A DNA stretch of 42,445 nucleotides from Octopus bimaculoides (taxonomy: Eukaryota): assembly GCF_001194135.2 (NCBI RefSeq), contig NC_068990.1, positions 45,026,931 through 45,069,375 of the forward strand, in the 5' to 3' direction. The first letter of the stretch is position 1, and the number at the start of each line of letters is the position of its first letter. Of this stretch, positions 24,432 through 35,090 are shown in pieces. The notes beneath the pieces were generated by a model. The model saw only the letters and a list, made by a program, of their open reading frames with translations, had not been told where the DNA came from and searched no databases. Both the position numbers and the translations under genes were made by a program.

Positions 24432-24960
24432 ATGTAAAGAAAGTTGTATGATGCATGTGTATAAACAGCAATGCTACATGGTAGTGAGACATGGGCCCTG
24501 AATGTATAGAACATGCAAAGACTAGAGAGAAATGAAGCTAGTATGCTTCACTGGATGTGCATGTGTGACAGTACTAGTGTATTGAGAAAAAAGTTAAGCT
24601 TAAGGGGGAGACCCAGGAAGACATGGGACAAAGTATTGAAGGCTGATCTCAAGAAACGTTAGCACGCCGGGCGAAATGCTAAGCGGTATTTCGTCTGCCA
24701 TTACGTTCTGAGTTCAAATTCCACCGAGGTCGACTTTGCCTTTCATCCTTTCGGGGTCGATAAATTAAGTACCGGTTACGCACTGGGGGTCGATCTAATC
24801 GACTTAATCCGTTTGTCTGTCCTTGTTTGTCCCCTCTATGTGTAGCCCCTTGTGGGCAGTAAACAAATAAATAAGATGCTGACTCTTACAAAGATGACGA
24901 AGGACTGAGATATCTGGTACCTTGCTGTACTCAAGAAAACTCATCCACCATAGCAGAATT
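24430..24960 (+). mobile_element. RTE LINE 3' fragment interrupted by a SINE
   Basis: AMLHGSETWAL...RLERNEASML...KTWDKVLKADL; the sequence resumes after the SINE at about 24873. Confidence 0.75.
24652..24872 (+). mobile_element. SINE of the same family as 20458-20693, slightly 5'-truncated
   Basis: Near-identical to 20478-20692; inserted into an RTE fragment. Confidence 0.92.
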
Positions 24961-24964
24961 GATA

Positions 24965-25822
24965 TGAATTGATATCCTAAAGCCATGGGTAATGCTTGTC
25001 TATGAGGGGCTTTACTCCTGCCCCAACAACCCCCACTACCACCACATTTCATTCCCTAACACCCATCACCTGAGAGCAGAAAGCCACCCCAGGCTTTCTC
25101 AGTTACCTTTCTTCCCCACCCCAAGCCAAATTCATTTCCCATTATCTTCCCCCATCTAAGTCACCTCCTTTCTACACCTTCTCCTCCTTGTGCTAGTCTC
25201 CATTAACACCTTGCTTATCTGCTATCACCCTCAATGCTGTTATATCTATTGCAACCCCCGCCCTCAAACCTTTCCTATATTTCTTCCCACCTATCCTGCC
25301 CACTCACCCTGTTCAAACCTCTATATCACCTCACCTGTTCTCACCATCCCCCAATGTCCTTCGAGAAAATGTCCCAACACATCTTTGCCATCATTTCTCT
25401 CACCATTACTATCCTTATCTTACTTTCTAACTCACTCTCTTTTCTTTTCCAACTGGTGTATTCATGTATCGTCAGCAGGACACCCATCTCTGTCCTTTCA
25501 TATCTTGAATCTCTCAACTGACACAAAGTCACTCACTCAATACTATTCCCATCTCCCAGTCAAGAAGATTTTGCCTTTTTTGTCTTGTAAAGTACTTGGT
25601 GACTCTGTCAGTAATGGTGCTACATAAAAAGCACCAGTGTTGATGCCATGTAAAAAGCACCCAGTACATTGCAAAGTGATTGGCATTAGGAAGGCCATCC
25701 AGCTGTAAAAACCATGCCAAATCAGACAAAAGAACCTGGTATATCTCCCAGCTTTGCCAACTCTTTGTCAAATCATCCAACCCATGCCAGCATGGAAAAC
25801 AGACGTTAAATGATGATGATGA
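24965..25822 (+). repeat. Long pyrimidine-rich repeat ending in the RTE tail
   Basis: C/T-rich body, then catgtaaaaagcacccagtac...catggaaaacagacgttaaatgatgatgatgat. Confidence 0.7.
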
Positions 25823-25824
25823 TA

Positions 25825-26040
25825 TATGTGGGTGTGGGTGTATATGTTTGTTCCTTCCACTGCTTGACAGCCAGTGTTCGCTTGTTCACATTCCTTTAAC
25901 TTAGCAGTTCAGTATGAGAGTCTGATAGAAAAAGTACCAGACTTTAAAAAAATACCTAAGTAATGGAGTCAATTTATTCAACTACACACTTCAAGGTGGT
26001 GCCCCAGCATGACAGCAAACTAATGGCTGGATTAAATAAA
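25825..26040 (+). mobile_element. SINE core/3' part, second family
   Basis: gcttgacagccagtgtt...ggtgccccagcatgacagc...taaataaaagat. Confidence 0.7.
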
Positions 26041-26319
26041 AGATACAGGTACAACTATATCATCAGCCTGGCCAACACCTTTAGTAAATTTGTTCAACAC
26101 CCTGGTGGAAAAACAAGAATTATATGAATGCAAACTCCATCTTCTCATATTTAAACAAGAAGAAGACCCAAAAATTTCGCTAATTTTTTTTTCCTTTAAT
26201 GGCAACAGGGCCTGGCATTTGATGGTTTGAGAACTGTTGGTCATAGATGACCCTAAATTACTAGGATGGTCACAACTAGAATATCCTTATCATAGATCTA
26301 CATAATGCTTTTGTATAAA

Positions 26320-26908
26320 AAATGCATTTTACTCTGTCTTCCTTAGCTACATTTTCTTTCGTAATACGCTTTGTCTCCCTCTTCCACTTGTTCGTTTCTT
26401 TTTTTTTTTTTTTTTTTTGTTAGACGCTGTCTTGGTGAGAGAAATTTTTTTTTCCTTAGCCGCTTTGTCTCCCTCTTCCACTTTTTCATTTTTTTTTAAG
26501 ACGCTTGGCAAACACTGTTTCTCCCCTTGTCACAAACACACTATTTCTTTCTTTCTCTCTTTCTTTCTTTCTCTCTCTCTCTTTCTTTCTTTCTCTCTNN
26601 NNNNNNNNTCTTTCTTTCTCTCTCTCTCTTTCTTTCTTTCTCTCTCTCTTGCTCTCTCTCTCCTTCACGCGCGTACGCACAGATTTGACTTCGCCATGTC
26701 AACAAACTTCAAAATTGGTAAAAGTTTATCGATTTTTACAGCTATACGCGGGTGCCTCTGTGAAAAAAAGTTGACAAAAACACAGATAGGGTCATGAACA
26801 ATGTCCTCCTAAAATTGGAGCGACATGCGTGCTAATTTGTGGACGTGCATAACCCACATTCACGTACACACACACACACACAAACATCTTGTGTTTTATA
26901 GATATTGA
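26320..26908 (-). mobile_element. Non-autonomous Helitron-like element; 5' end at 26908, within the MPG 5'-UTR intron
   Basis: Minus strand begins A|TCaatatctataaaacacaagatg followed by (TG)n, the usual layout of Helitron 5' ends. Internal 23-bp direct repeat cgctttgtctccctcttccactt (about 26367 and 26461). 3' end not found. Confidence 0.45.
26599..26608. other. Assembly gap (N run)
   Basis: 10 N inside a (CT/CTTT)n microsatellite. Confidence 1.
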
Positions 26909-27026
26909 TTACATATGTGTATGTATCTGTCTTCACTACTTTTTCATCTCCCAATCGCTCTCTTTCACATTTTTCTCATATCTCTCTTTTCATCTCTCTC
27001 GCTGTCTTTAGTGAAAGCAAAGAAAT

Positions 27027-27417
27027 ATGGCACCAAAAAAGAGACAAGCTGAGCATAAAGATTCTGAAATAACCTCTAGTAAATATTTTGCCAAACAAAA
27101 CAAGGAGGAAAGTTCTTCAAGCATTAAAAAACTGTTTGATCCATGCCTTAGGCTTATAGGCACTTTCTACCAAAAAGAATGTGTAGATCTTAGCAGAGCT
27201 CTTCTTGGCAGGTATATTGTACGAGCATTTGATGATGGCTCTCAGGTTTGTGGTAAAATAGTGGAAACTGAAGCATACTGTGGCATTGAAGATGCATGTT
27301 CCCATTCTTACAACAATAGAAGAACAGAACGGACTGAAGCTATGTTCATGCCTCCAGGAACTCTTTATGTGTATACCATATATGGTATGTACAATTGTAT
27401 GAATATCTCAAGTTCTG
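27027..27417 (+). CDS. MPG: DNA-3-methyladenine glycosylase (MPG/AAG), coding exon 1
   Basis: Translation contains GKIVETEAY, SHSY and MFMPPGTLYVYTIYGMYNCMNISS, matching the AAG family motifs (human E125, Y127, H136, Y162, N169 equivalents). Ends G|GTAAGA (phase-1 donor at 27418). A polypyrimidine tract and AG at 27010-27011 precede the ATG, so the exon probably starts at 27012. Confidence 0.95.
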
Positions 27418-28776
27418 GTAAGATTTCCTTCTTATTGATGTTGTTTATTTCCAGACTAGCTCTCATTTAACATATTACTGATCAAAGGAATCCCAGTCGA
27501 GAAAATCCTATTTCAGTTTCTGACATAGTGTATCTAGGACTCTATAACTACACTATCTACAGCATCTTTGCTTTTCTAAAATGGTAGGGTGTGATTTAGC
27601 TGCTATTTCTTGGTGGCCAAGTGATCACGTTAGGGTTTCAAACATACCATGAGATGAAGTATAGACAAACCTTTTTTATTCAGAACAGAATTTGACAGTG
27701 TGATGGGGGTGCTCAGTGGTACACTAGGGGTTCTGAATAGTTAACTGATTAAAGACATCTATGAATTACAAATGTTTCTCTTGGTTGTGTGTATGAGAGT
27801 TGAAAAGAAGGAGTGGGGAGTAAAATATGCCAAGGGTTTGTGAATACAAAGTAAATTTTTATTTCATATCGATTTAGTTTACAGACATTCTAAACTGAAG
27901 TGCATTCTGATTGTGAAGAAGAGAAAAAGAAAATGCCTGACTTATCTGATAGAATTTAACTAACTTCTCTCCGTTGTAGATATTAAGTTTATAGATGTGG
28001 GAGAGATTGAAAATTCTATTGTGTTATGCTTATCCCTTTAAGAAATTCTTTAGCAATGTGAAATAACTAAGACTTGAAATCAAGTTTTGGGCTTGAATTT
28101 CCCAGAGATTATCCACCTACCCTGCAATATTTACCCAATGACTAATTATATAAATCTGTTGTATCATCATCAATTTAGTACAAATATTTTACTTTCCTAT
28201 TCCTATGGAATACAGAAATAAAAGTACAAGTAAAAACTATGATAATCTCTCAATTATTTGCAAACTGAAAACCATTGTTGTATTCTTCCTTCATTGCAAA
28301 TGAAAATTAAACTTGTACCATTGTTCCAACTTCATTGCTTTGTGTCGGAACCACCTGACTCTCTTGTCTCTTTCTCTACATCCATGTTGTGTCAAATGAA
28401 AGAAAGTAAGACCCCCCCCCCATTCATTCCAAGCTATGCACTAACCATTTGCTATCCAGAACTTCTGGAATTTCATCATTGTTCATGTTTTACCTGCAAC
28501 CACCAGCATGTAGAGTTCAAGAAGAAAAGGTCTCACAGGGTCTGAAAAAGCTGTAGGCACATTAATCCCATATGAACTTCAAAAATTAGAATTTTCCTTG
28601 CTCAGAGAATATGACTGTATTCAAATTTTTCAAGAATTAAACCTATTTGCTACTACAATAAAAAGAAATTTCAACAACTTGATATTATTTTCTTTTTCAT
28701 ATTTAGACCTTGCCATTTCTATCAGATATTATACCAGTTAAGGTATTTTAATCCTGTAACCATTGTCTTATTTAAG

Positions 28777-29025
28777 ACTATTCTCATTACGATTATTACA
28801 AAACATTTAGTATATAATTATACTGAATGATGCTATAGTATTAACATAATATAAATATAGACTATTCTCATTAGCATTATAACAAAACATTCAGTATATA
28901 GTTATACTGAATAGTGCTATAGTGTTAACATATATTAATTTAATACTATTCCCATTAGCATTATGATAAACCATTCATTATATAGTTATACTGAATGAAG
29001 CTAGAATATTATCATGATATATTAT
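28777..29025 (+). repeat. 84-bp tandem repeat, 3 copies, with an internal hairpin (MPG intron)
   Basis: actattc(t/c)catta starts at 28777, 28861 and 28945. Unit 2 has the stem attcagtata/tatactgaat (28889-28912). Confidence 0.9.
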
Positions 29026-29605
29026 GATAAATTAAAGGCATATCATATATTACAGAAGTATATAGCACTTGTATTATATTATAGAAATATCTCACTATTA
29101 CCCAATGAATCGCCTCTATAGCCGGTTTGTTCTGTCACTAAGTATTGTGACTTATTTTGTGATTGACTTTTAAAACTAAAAGTTATTTCTGCTATACATC
29201 AAGATTCACACACTCTATGTAGCACTCTTGTTTGTGACTAGGGTATAAAGTCATAAACCATAGAAAAAGAAAATTAAACTCTTACAAAATAAACTTTCAA
29301 AAGTCATGTTAAAATGTAATTGAATCTTAATAAACATTAAATGTCAATTAAACGACAGTTCATTTTGTTAATTAAGAATTGACCTGAGGCAGTTTTAAAA
29401 TAATTCTGTCTTATATGACATTACATTTATAAACTATTAATGAAATAGACAGCAAAGCTTGATACTGGTAGTTTGTAACTCAACTACTTGTAAATGTTAA
29501 TTGGATTTGTAATAATTCTTTGTTGTTTTTTTATTTGTTTTTTGTTAACTACTTCAACTCAATTGTTACTTAACAAAATGAGTGGCAGTGGTGAACACTG
29601 ATGGT

Positions 29606-29681
<76 letters not shown>

Positions 29682-30004
29682 CTTATGGGTTCCATTTCAT
29701 ATGGAATTTTTGGCCCTCCAAAGTCATTTTGCTGTGCAAGTTGCCCTACCATTTTTAGTTGAAAATTTTGGTCTGAAAAATTTGACTTGTATGCCAGGAA
29801 ATAAGATAATTAATTTGCATTCTGTATTGATTGTAGTAATATCATATTAACACATTATTTACTTTTTTCCTTTTTTTTTTTTTTGCAGTATTTATTAATT
29901 GCAGCTGTATCATTTAAAAATAAAGTGAATGTTTGTAGTAGCTTACAAAAAAAACCATTTCTAGAATTAGTGCAGTAGGAACAAAAACTATAATGTGCAT
30001 GTTT

Positions 30005-30350
30005 TTATCTTTTACTTGTTTCAGTCATTTGACTACAGCCATGCTGGGGCACTACATTGAAGGGCTTTTAGTCAAATAAATCGACCTATAGACTTATTTC
30101 ATTAAGCTTGGTACTTATTCTATCGGTCTCTTTTATCAAGCCACTAAGTCATTATGGATATAAACACACCAACACCAGTTGTCAAGTGGTGGGGGGGGGG
30201 ACAAACAAAGACAAACACATGCATAGATATATAGCTAGATAGATAGATAGATATATGTGATGGGCTTCTTTCAGTTTCCATCTACCAAATCCATTCACAA
30301 GGCTTTGATTGGCCCAGAAGATACTTGCCCAAAGTGTCATACAAGTTAGA
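30005..30350 (-). mobile_element. SINE, second family (MPG intron)
   Basis: Reverse complement of the 9083-type element. Confidence 0.8.
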
Positions 30351-30404
30351 TGCATAGAATCCAATGTTGCATTCTTTTACTCTTCATTTGTGGTCAAATA
30401 TCTT

Positions 30405-30764
30405 TTGTTTTTACTTATTTCGGTTACTGGACTGTAGCCATGCTGGAGCACTGCCTTGAATGGTTTTTAGTTGAACAAATTGATCTTGGTACTTATTTTT
30501 AGGTCTGGTATTTATTCTAACAGCATCCTTTTACTGAACCACTAAATCGCAGGGACATAAACAAGCCAACACTGGCTGTCAAGTAGTGAGAAACACACAC
30601 ATGCACATATAGGGCTTCTAAACTGTTTCCTCCTACCAAATTCATTTACAAAGGTACCAGTCCATCCAGGGCTGTAGTAGAAGACTTGCCTCAGGTGTCA
30701 TGCAGTGGGACTGAACCTGAAATCACATTAAGCAAAATTTTTTTAACCATGCCACACCTGTGTC
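30405..30764 (-). mobile_element. SINE, second family (MPG intron)
   Basis: Reverse complement of the 9083-type element, in tandem with the previous copy. Confidence 0.8.
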
Positions 30765-31126
30765 TAAGAAGATCCTGACAATTGTATTGTCATAATCTTC
30801 ATAGGTACAGTTAAATTTGTTTATGTTCTTCAGTGGGAGTTCATAAATTGAGTACCAGTTAAGGAATTTCACTAACAGTACCCTTTCCCAAAAATTTATG
30901 GCCTTGTACCTAAGTTAGAAAATAAATGCCTTTATGTTTGCCAAAAGAGAAATTATTTATTCTGAGTAGTTAAAACATAATTTCCTTTTCTTAATATATG
31001 TTTTCTGTGTCGTTGATTTCAATATCGTTCATTTTTTATTGTTGACTATTTTACCAGACAAATTTATAAGATAAAAACTTCAATAAAAAATTTTTTTTAA
31101 TTTAAATTAAAATTTATTTTCTACAG

Positions 31127-31473
31127 GAGATGGCTGTGCTGTTTTAATACGAGCACTTCAACCCATATCAGGGCTTGAAAAAATGCAATGTTTGCGTTCA
31201 AAAAAGAATCCTTTGAAACCAATAAAAGAGAAGAACTTATGTAATGGGCCTTCTAAACTTTGTCAGGCTCTTGATGTCACTAAGGAAACATTCAACAAAG
31301 AAGATTTGATAACCAGTAACCGTTTATGGTTATCAAGTGGAGATACTGTGGAAGATTCTGAGATTGACATTTCCAAAAGAATTAATATAACTGGGGATGA
31401 AATATGGGTTAATAAACCACTTCGATTTTTCATAAAATATAATCCATATGTATCAGTGAAAAACGCCAACTGA
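31127..31473 (+). CDS. MPG: DNA-3-methyladenine glycosylase (MPG/AAG), coding exon 2 (terminal)
   Basis: Acceptor ttttctacAG at 31125-31126, phase compatible with exon 1 (G+GA = Gly). Reads GDGCAVLIRALQP...LCNGPSKLCQAL...KPLRFFIKYNPYVS, stop TGA at 31471-31473. Joined CDS is 738 nt, 245 aa. Confidence 0.95.
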
Positions 31474-31566
31474 AATGTGAAAGAAATGAAATGAAAAATG
31501 AGAATGTTGTTTTAATGTCTTAATAGATAATCTCTGAACATTTTTGACTTTTTTGTAATGTATTAT

Positions 31567-31784
31567 CCCTTTAGCACTTAAACTAGCCATATCAGGCCTA
31601 AATATTCTTCCTGTTTTTTGTTCAAACTGACTAGATATGGCCTCTCATACATATCCTACACTGTTATTCTAAAATAAACAATCACATCATGGAAATGTCA
31701 GTCATGCGATAATGCAGGATTAATTCGAAACAATGGGAATAAATAAGCATTTATATTTGACAGAGTAATCCAAATGCTAAAGGG
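31567..31784. mobile_element. piggyBac-type MITE downstream of the MPG stop codon
   Basis: TIR ccctttagca / tgctaaaggg; flanks ttat and ttaa. Confidence 0.8.
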
Positions 31785-31806
31785 TTAAGCAGGAATAATA
31801 CAAAAC

Positions 31807-31859
<53 letters not shown>

Positions 31860-31941
31860 NNNNNNNNNNNNNNNNNNNNNNNNNNNNNNNNNNNNNNNNN
31901 NNNNNNNNNNNNNNNNNNNNNNNNNNNNNNNNNNNNNNNNN
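31860..31941. other. Assembly gap (N run)
   Basis: 82 N next to a (CT)n(AT)n microsatellite. Confidence 1.
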
Positions 31942-32439
31942 GCCAATCAAATTGGCACATCGAAACGCCAAAGAATCCAATATATTTTAGAGTTATCTCT
32001 CCAAGAACTGGCCTTTGTTTTATAAGGCCTTCTACAGAGACTTGTCATTGTTCTACAGGGATTCACCACTCTTCTGTAACATACAAATATCTATATAAAC
32101 CATGGTGATTTTTTTAAATTCTTTTTTTTCTTTCTTTTCCTTTTTGTTTTTTCCTTAATGTTATTGATAGCGTTTCACTCACCACTGTTACTAAGAGGTT
32201 TTTCAGTGTCTAATGTTAAGCAAATTAATTATTTATTACTTATAAATAGTGACTTGCCAGAAATTATAGCATGACAGATTAAATGTTTTCAACTCTGCCT
32301 GCATCAGTAACAGAATGCCTATTGTGTATTAGGTTGCCCTCTCCTGCAAATTTTTAACCTCATGCTGATGTCAGAAATCCTTGTTACTTGTTTTATATGT
32401 GTGTGCATGTGAATAAGCAATATTTAAAAAGCCTCATAG

Positions 32440-33075
32440 AGAAAACAGAGGAGTTCATTTGCAAAATTAGATGATGTGTGTATTTCTTTGATAAAAAAAA
32501 AACAAGAAAACACAAACAAATACAGATTTAAGTCCAGAAGAAACCCACCATCTATCAAAGAAATAGAGCCTTTTGAAAGGGACCTGTTTAAACTGGTAAG
32601 GAGAATTAGATTTAGAAAAATCACAGATCTAATACAAAAAACTATGCAAGAAAAATTAATAATATTAAAAACAGACAAAATTTTTGTGAAATCAGACAAA
32701 ACGAAAAATTTATATGCAGTCAACAAAAATCTTCATAACAGGCTCCTATTAAATAGCATCACAGATACATACAAAAAACAAGTAACAATTTATACAGAGA
32801 GGTGAACATTGAAGCAAGAAGAATCGCTTCCAACAGAGTAGAATACCTTCCCCACTTTATCACCCTTAAAGACTATAAAAATAATTTTAATAGAAACCCT
32901 AAATGTAGGTTGATTAACCCAACAAAAACAGAAATAAATTCAATTCTAGATAAATTAAATAGGGCCTTCAATTTACATCTTTGGAGTAATCATGGGTCAA
33001 TTACAGACTGGTTTTAAAGGCATCAGATATAAGAACAACTGTAGATTTGCACAGTTTGACATAGTAGACTTTTAC
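32440..33075 (+). mobile_element. Penelope-like retroelement, RT N-terminal fragment
   Basis: YRFKSRRNPP...FERDL...VKSDKTKNLY...ITDTYKK, then FITLKDYKNNFNRNPKCRLINPTKTE and FAQFDIVDFY, typical of Penelope-like RT. Frameshifted and truncated by a SINE. Confidence 0.85.
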
Positions 33076-33124
33076 CAGCCATAGATACCATAGAATCTTT
33101 AATTGGCTTTGTACCAAAATTCGA

Positions 33125-33290
33125 ATCTATTTCTGGCTCTTTACATTCTGAGTTTAATGCTGCCAAGGTGGACTTTGCTTTTCATCCTTTCAGGTTTGAT
33201 AAAGTAATTACTAGTTGAGCACTGGGGTTCATGTAATTAACTTCTACTCCCATTAAAACTGCTGACTTTGGTACTGGAATTAGAAAGGAT
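33125..33290 (+). mobile_element. Degenerate copy of the 20458-type SINE
   Basis: ttctgagttt...gtggactttgcttttcatcctttcagg...gcactgggg core. Confidence 0.65.
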
Positions 33291-34479
33291 TATTTTAAAG
33301 CAATTTAAGAACACTGCCGTATTGTAACATTCATCATTCTCTGAGTCACTTTATTTCACTGACAAAAATTCTCTTCAAATATTTATCAACCAATCTACAC
33401 AAATTCTGTTGAAAAATATGATTCTATCAATTGACTCTACTAAGAGTCCAGCTGTGTTCTACCATCTAAAATATTACATGATTTCTATCTAGATAAATTA
33501 GTGTTATTTGATTTACTGTTATTCAACTCGAGGAATTTACAATGAAGCTTTTTTTTTTTTGTCTTTAGCAACACAAATATTTGATACTTTTAATCCCCTG
33601 ATGTGTTCTTCATGTGACATATATTTCTGTTATTTTTATTCATTTTATATTTAGAAGATTACATTTCCTTTTATGCTTCTATCTTGTGTATTTTATTACT
33701 ACCACATTGTACAAACATACATATGCCCTATTCATGCTACCTCTTTTAGTAATATTTTTTACTTGTAACATAAATGGTCATGTAAGAAGCTTCCTGTCAG
33801 TCAAGTTCTTCACTTATGCCTGACACCATTTTATTCCACTTATAACCAGTTTTTATTGTTCTGTTATCAAAGATATCCCAGTCACGACTATCTCATTTTA
33901 TTTTTCAGGCATTGTATCTAGGACTACACTATCTGACACATACTTCAATTTTTTAAAGATGGTAGAGTATAATTTAAGGAAAATTTGGTTGCTGTTTCTA
34001 GCTAATTGAATGTCGAAATAAAAATTACTTAATTAGTTATTATTGTTAATGTTGTTTAACTCCAGGTCAGCAGCCATCATTGAGAAGACCTATGATTAAA
34101 GGCATAGTTGAAGCTTTCTCATTTCTTTTTTTTTTAATTACTATTTTTCAATCAAAATATGTCTAGAATTATATTATCTAATGTTTTCTTCAGTCTTAGA
34201 GGATGGGATGGGAAGGATTTATCTGCTTTTTCTAGCAGGATGAGTAATCATATCAAGGCTTCATCAAGGACACTAGGTTGGTTGGTTGGCACATTGCATT
34301 TGTAAAAAATTCTTCATATTCTAGCATGAGGTTGATCTCTCTTACTTGCAAAGTATTCCTCATATTCTTCAAATGCAATCCACTAGCATGAAGAGTTCAC
34401 TTTTGTTCTGCAATGTTATAACTGAAAATGTAACCGTGACATAAACAAATTCAATGACAGAGAATTTGGTGTAGCACAA

Positions 34480-34694
34480 CCCCTGTCTTGGTGTCATAAA
34501 AAGAACCCATATTGGTTCTACATAATAAGCACCCTGTAAAGTGATTCGCACTCTGTAAAGTGATTCGCATTAGGAACAGCATCCAGTCAGAAACCAAGCC
34601 AAAACCGACAACTAGAATCTGGTGCAGTTTGCCAGCTGTAGCCAAACAATTTGACGCATGCAAAACAAACATTAACTGATGATGATGATGATGA

Positions 34695-34697
<3 letters not shown>
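34480..34697 (+). repeat. RTE-tail repeat (short copy)
   Basis: Same motifs with (gat)n tail. Confidence 0.75.
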
Positions 34698-34734
<37 letters not shown>

Positions 34735-34910
34735 GATACTGCAACTTCAAATTTCATGATTGAGTTTCATCCCTGTGATGTTTGTATGAAATTTGAGGAA
34801 TGAAACAGGAAATTGTTAACATTAAAAATTCAGCTAAAGGAAATTAAAAGGAAATGTTTGAGTAAATGCATATGTAAAGATATAATCAACTCACTAAAAG
34901 AAAGAAAAAT

Positions 34911-35070
34911 GCATAGTGGTTGTGTGCTAAGAAGCTTGCTTCCCAACCACATGGTTTCAGGTTCAGTCCCATTGCATGGCACCTTGAGCATGTGCCTTCT
35001 AACATAGCTCCAGGTTGACCAAAACCTTGTGAGTGGGTTTGGTAGACAGAACCTGAAAGAAGTCTGTCAT
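34911..35070 (+). mobile_element. SINE head, second family
   Basis: aagaagcttgcttcccaaccacatggtttcaggttcagtcccattgcatggcacc. Confidence 0.8.
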
Positions 35071-35090
35071 ATATATAAATATATATATAT

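Noticed and set aside
25190-25627. 145-aa and 95-aa ORFs
   Set aside because: Low-complexity pyrimidine-rich repeat with no domain signature.
27418-27470. MPG ORF continuing to 27470 (GKISFLLMLFISRLALI)
   Set aside because: Intron read-through; family similarity resumes only in exon 2 after the GTAAGA donor.
32363-32378. CTGATG…GAAA just upstream of the Penelope fragment
   Set aside because: Core incomplete (CTGATGT) and no supporting stems, so not called a hammerhead.
34346-34421. Minus-strand segment with a good acceptor (cattttcAG) and donor (GTAAGA)
   Set aside because: All three frames contain stops over the 76 nt and no partner exons were found. It could be non-coding but is unsupported.
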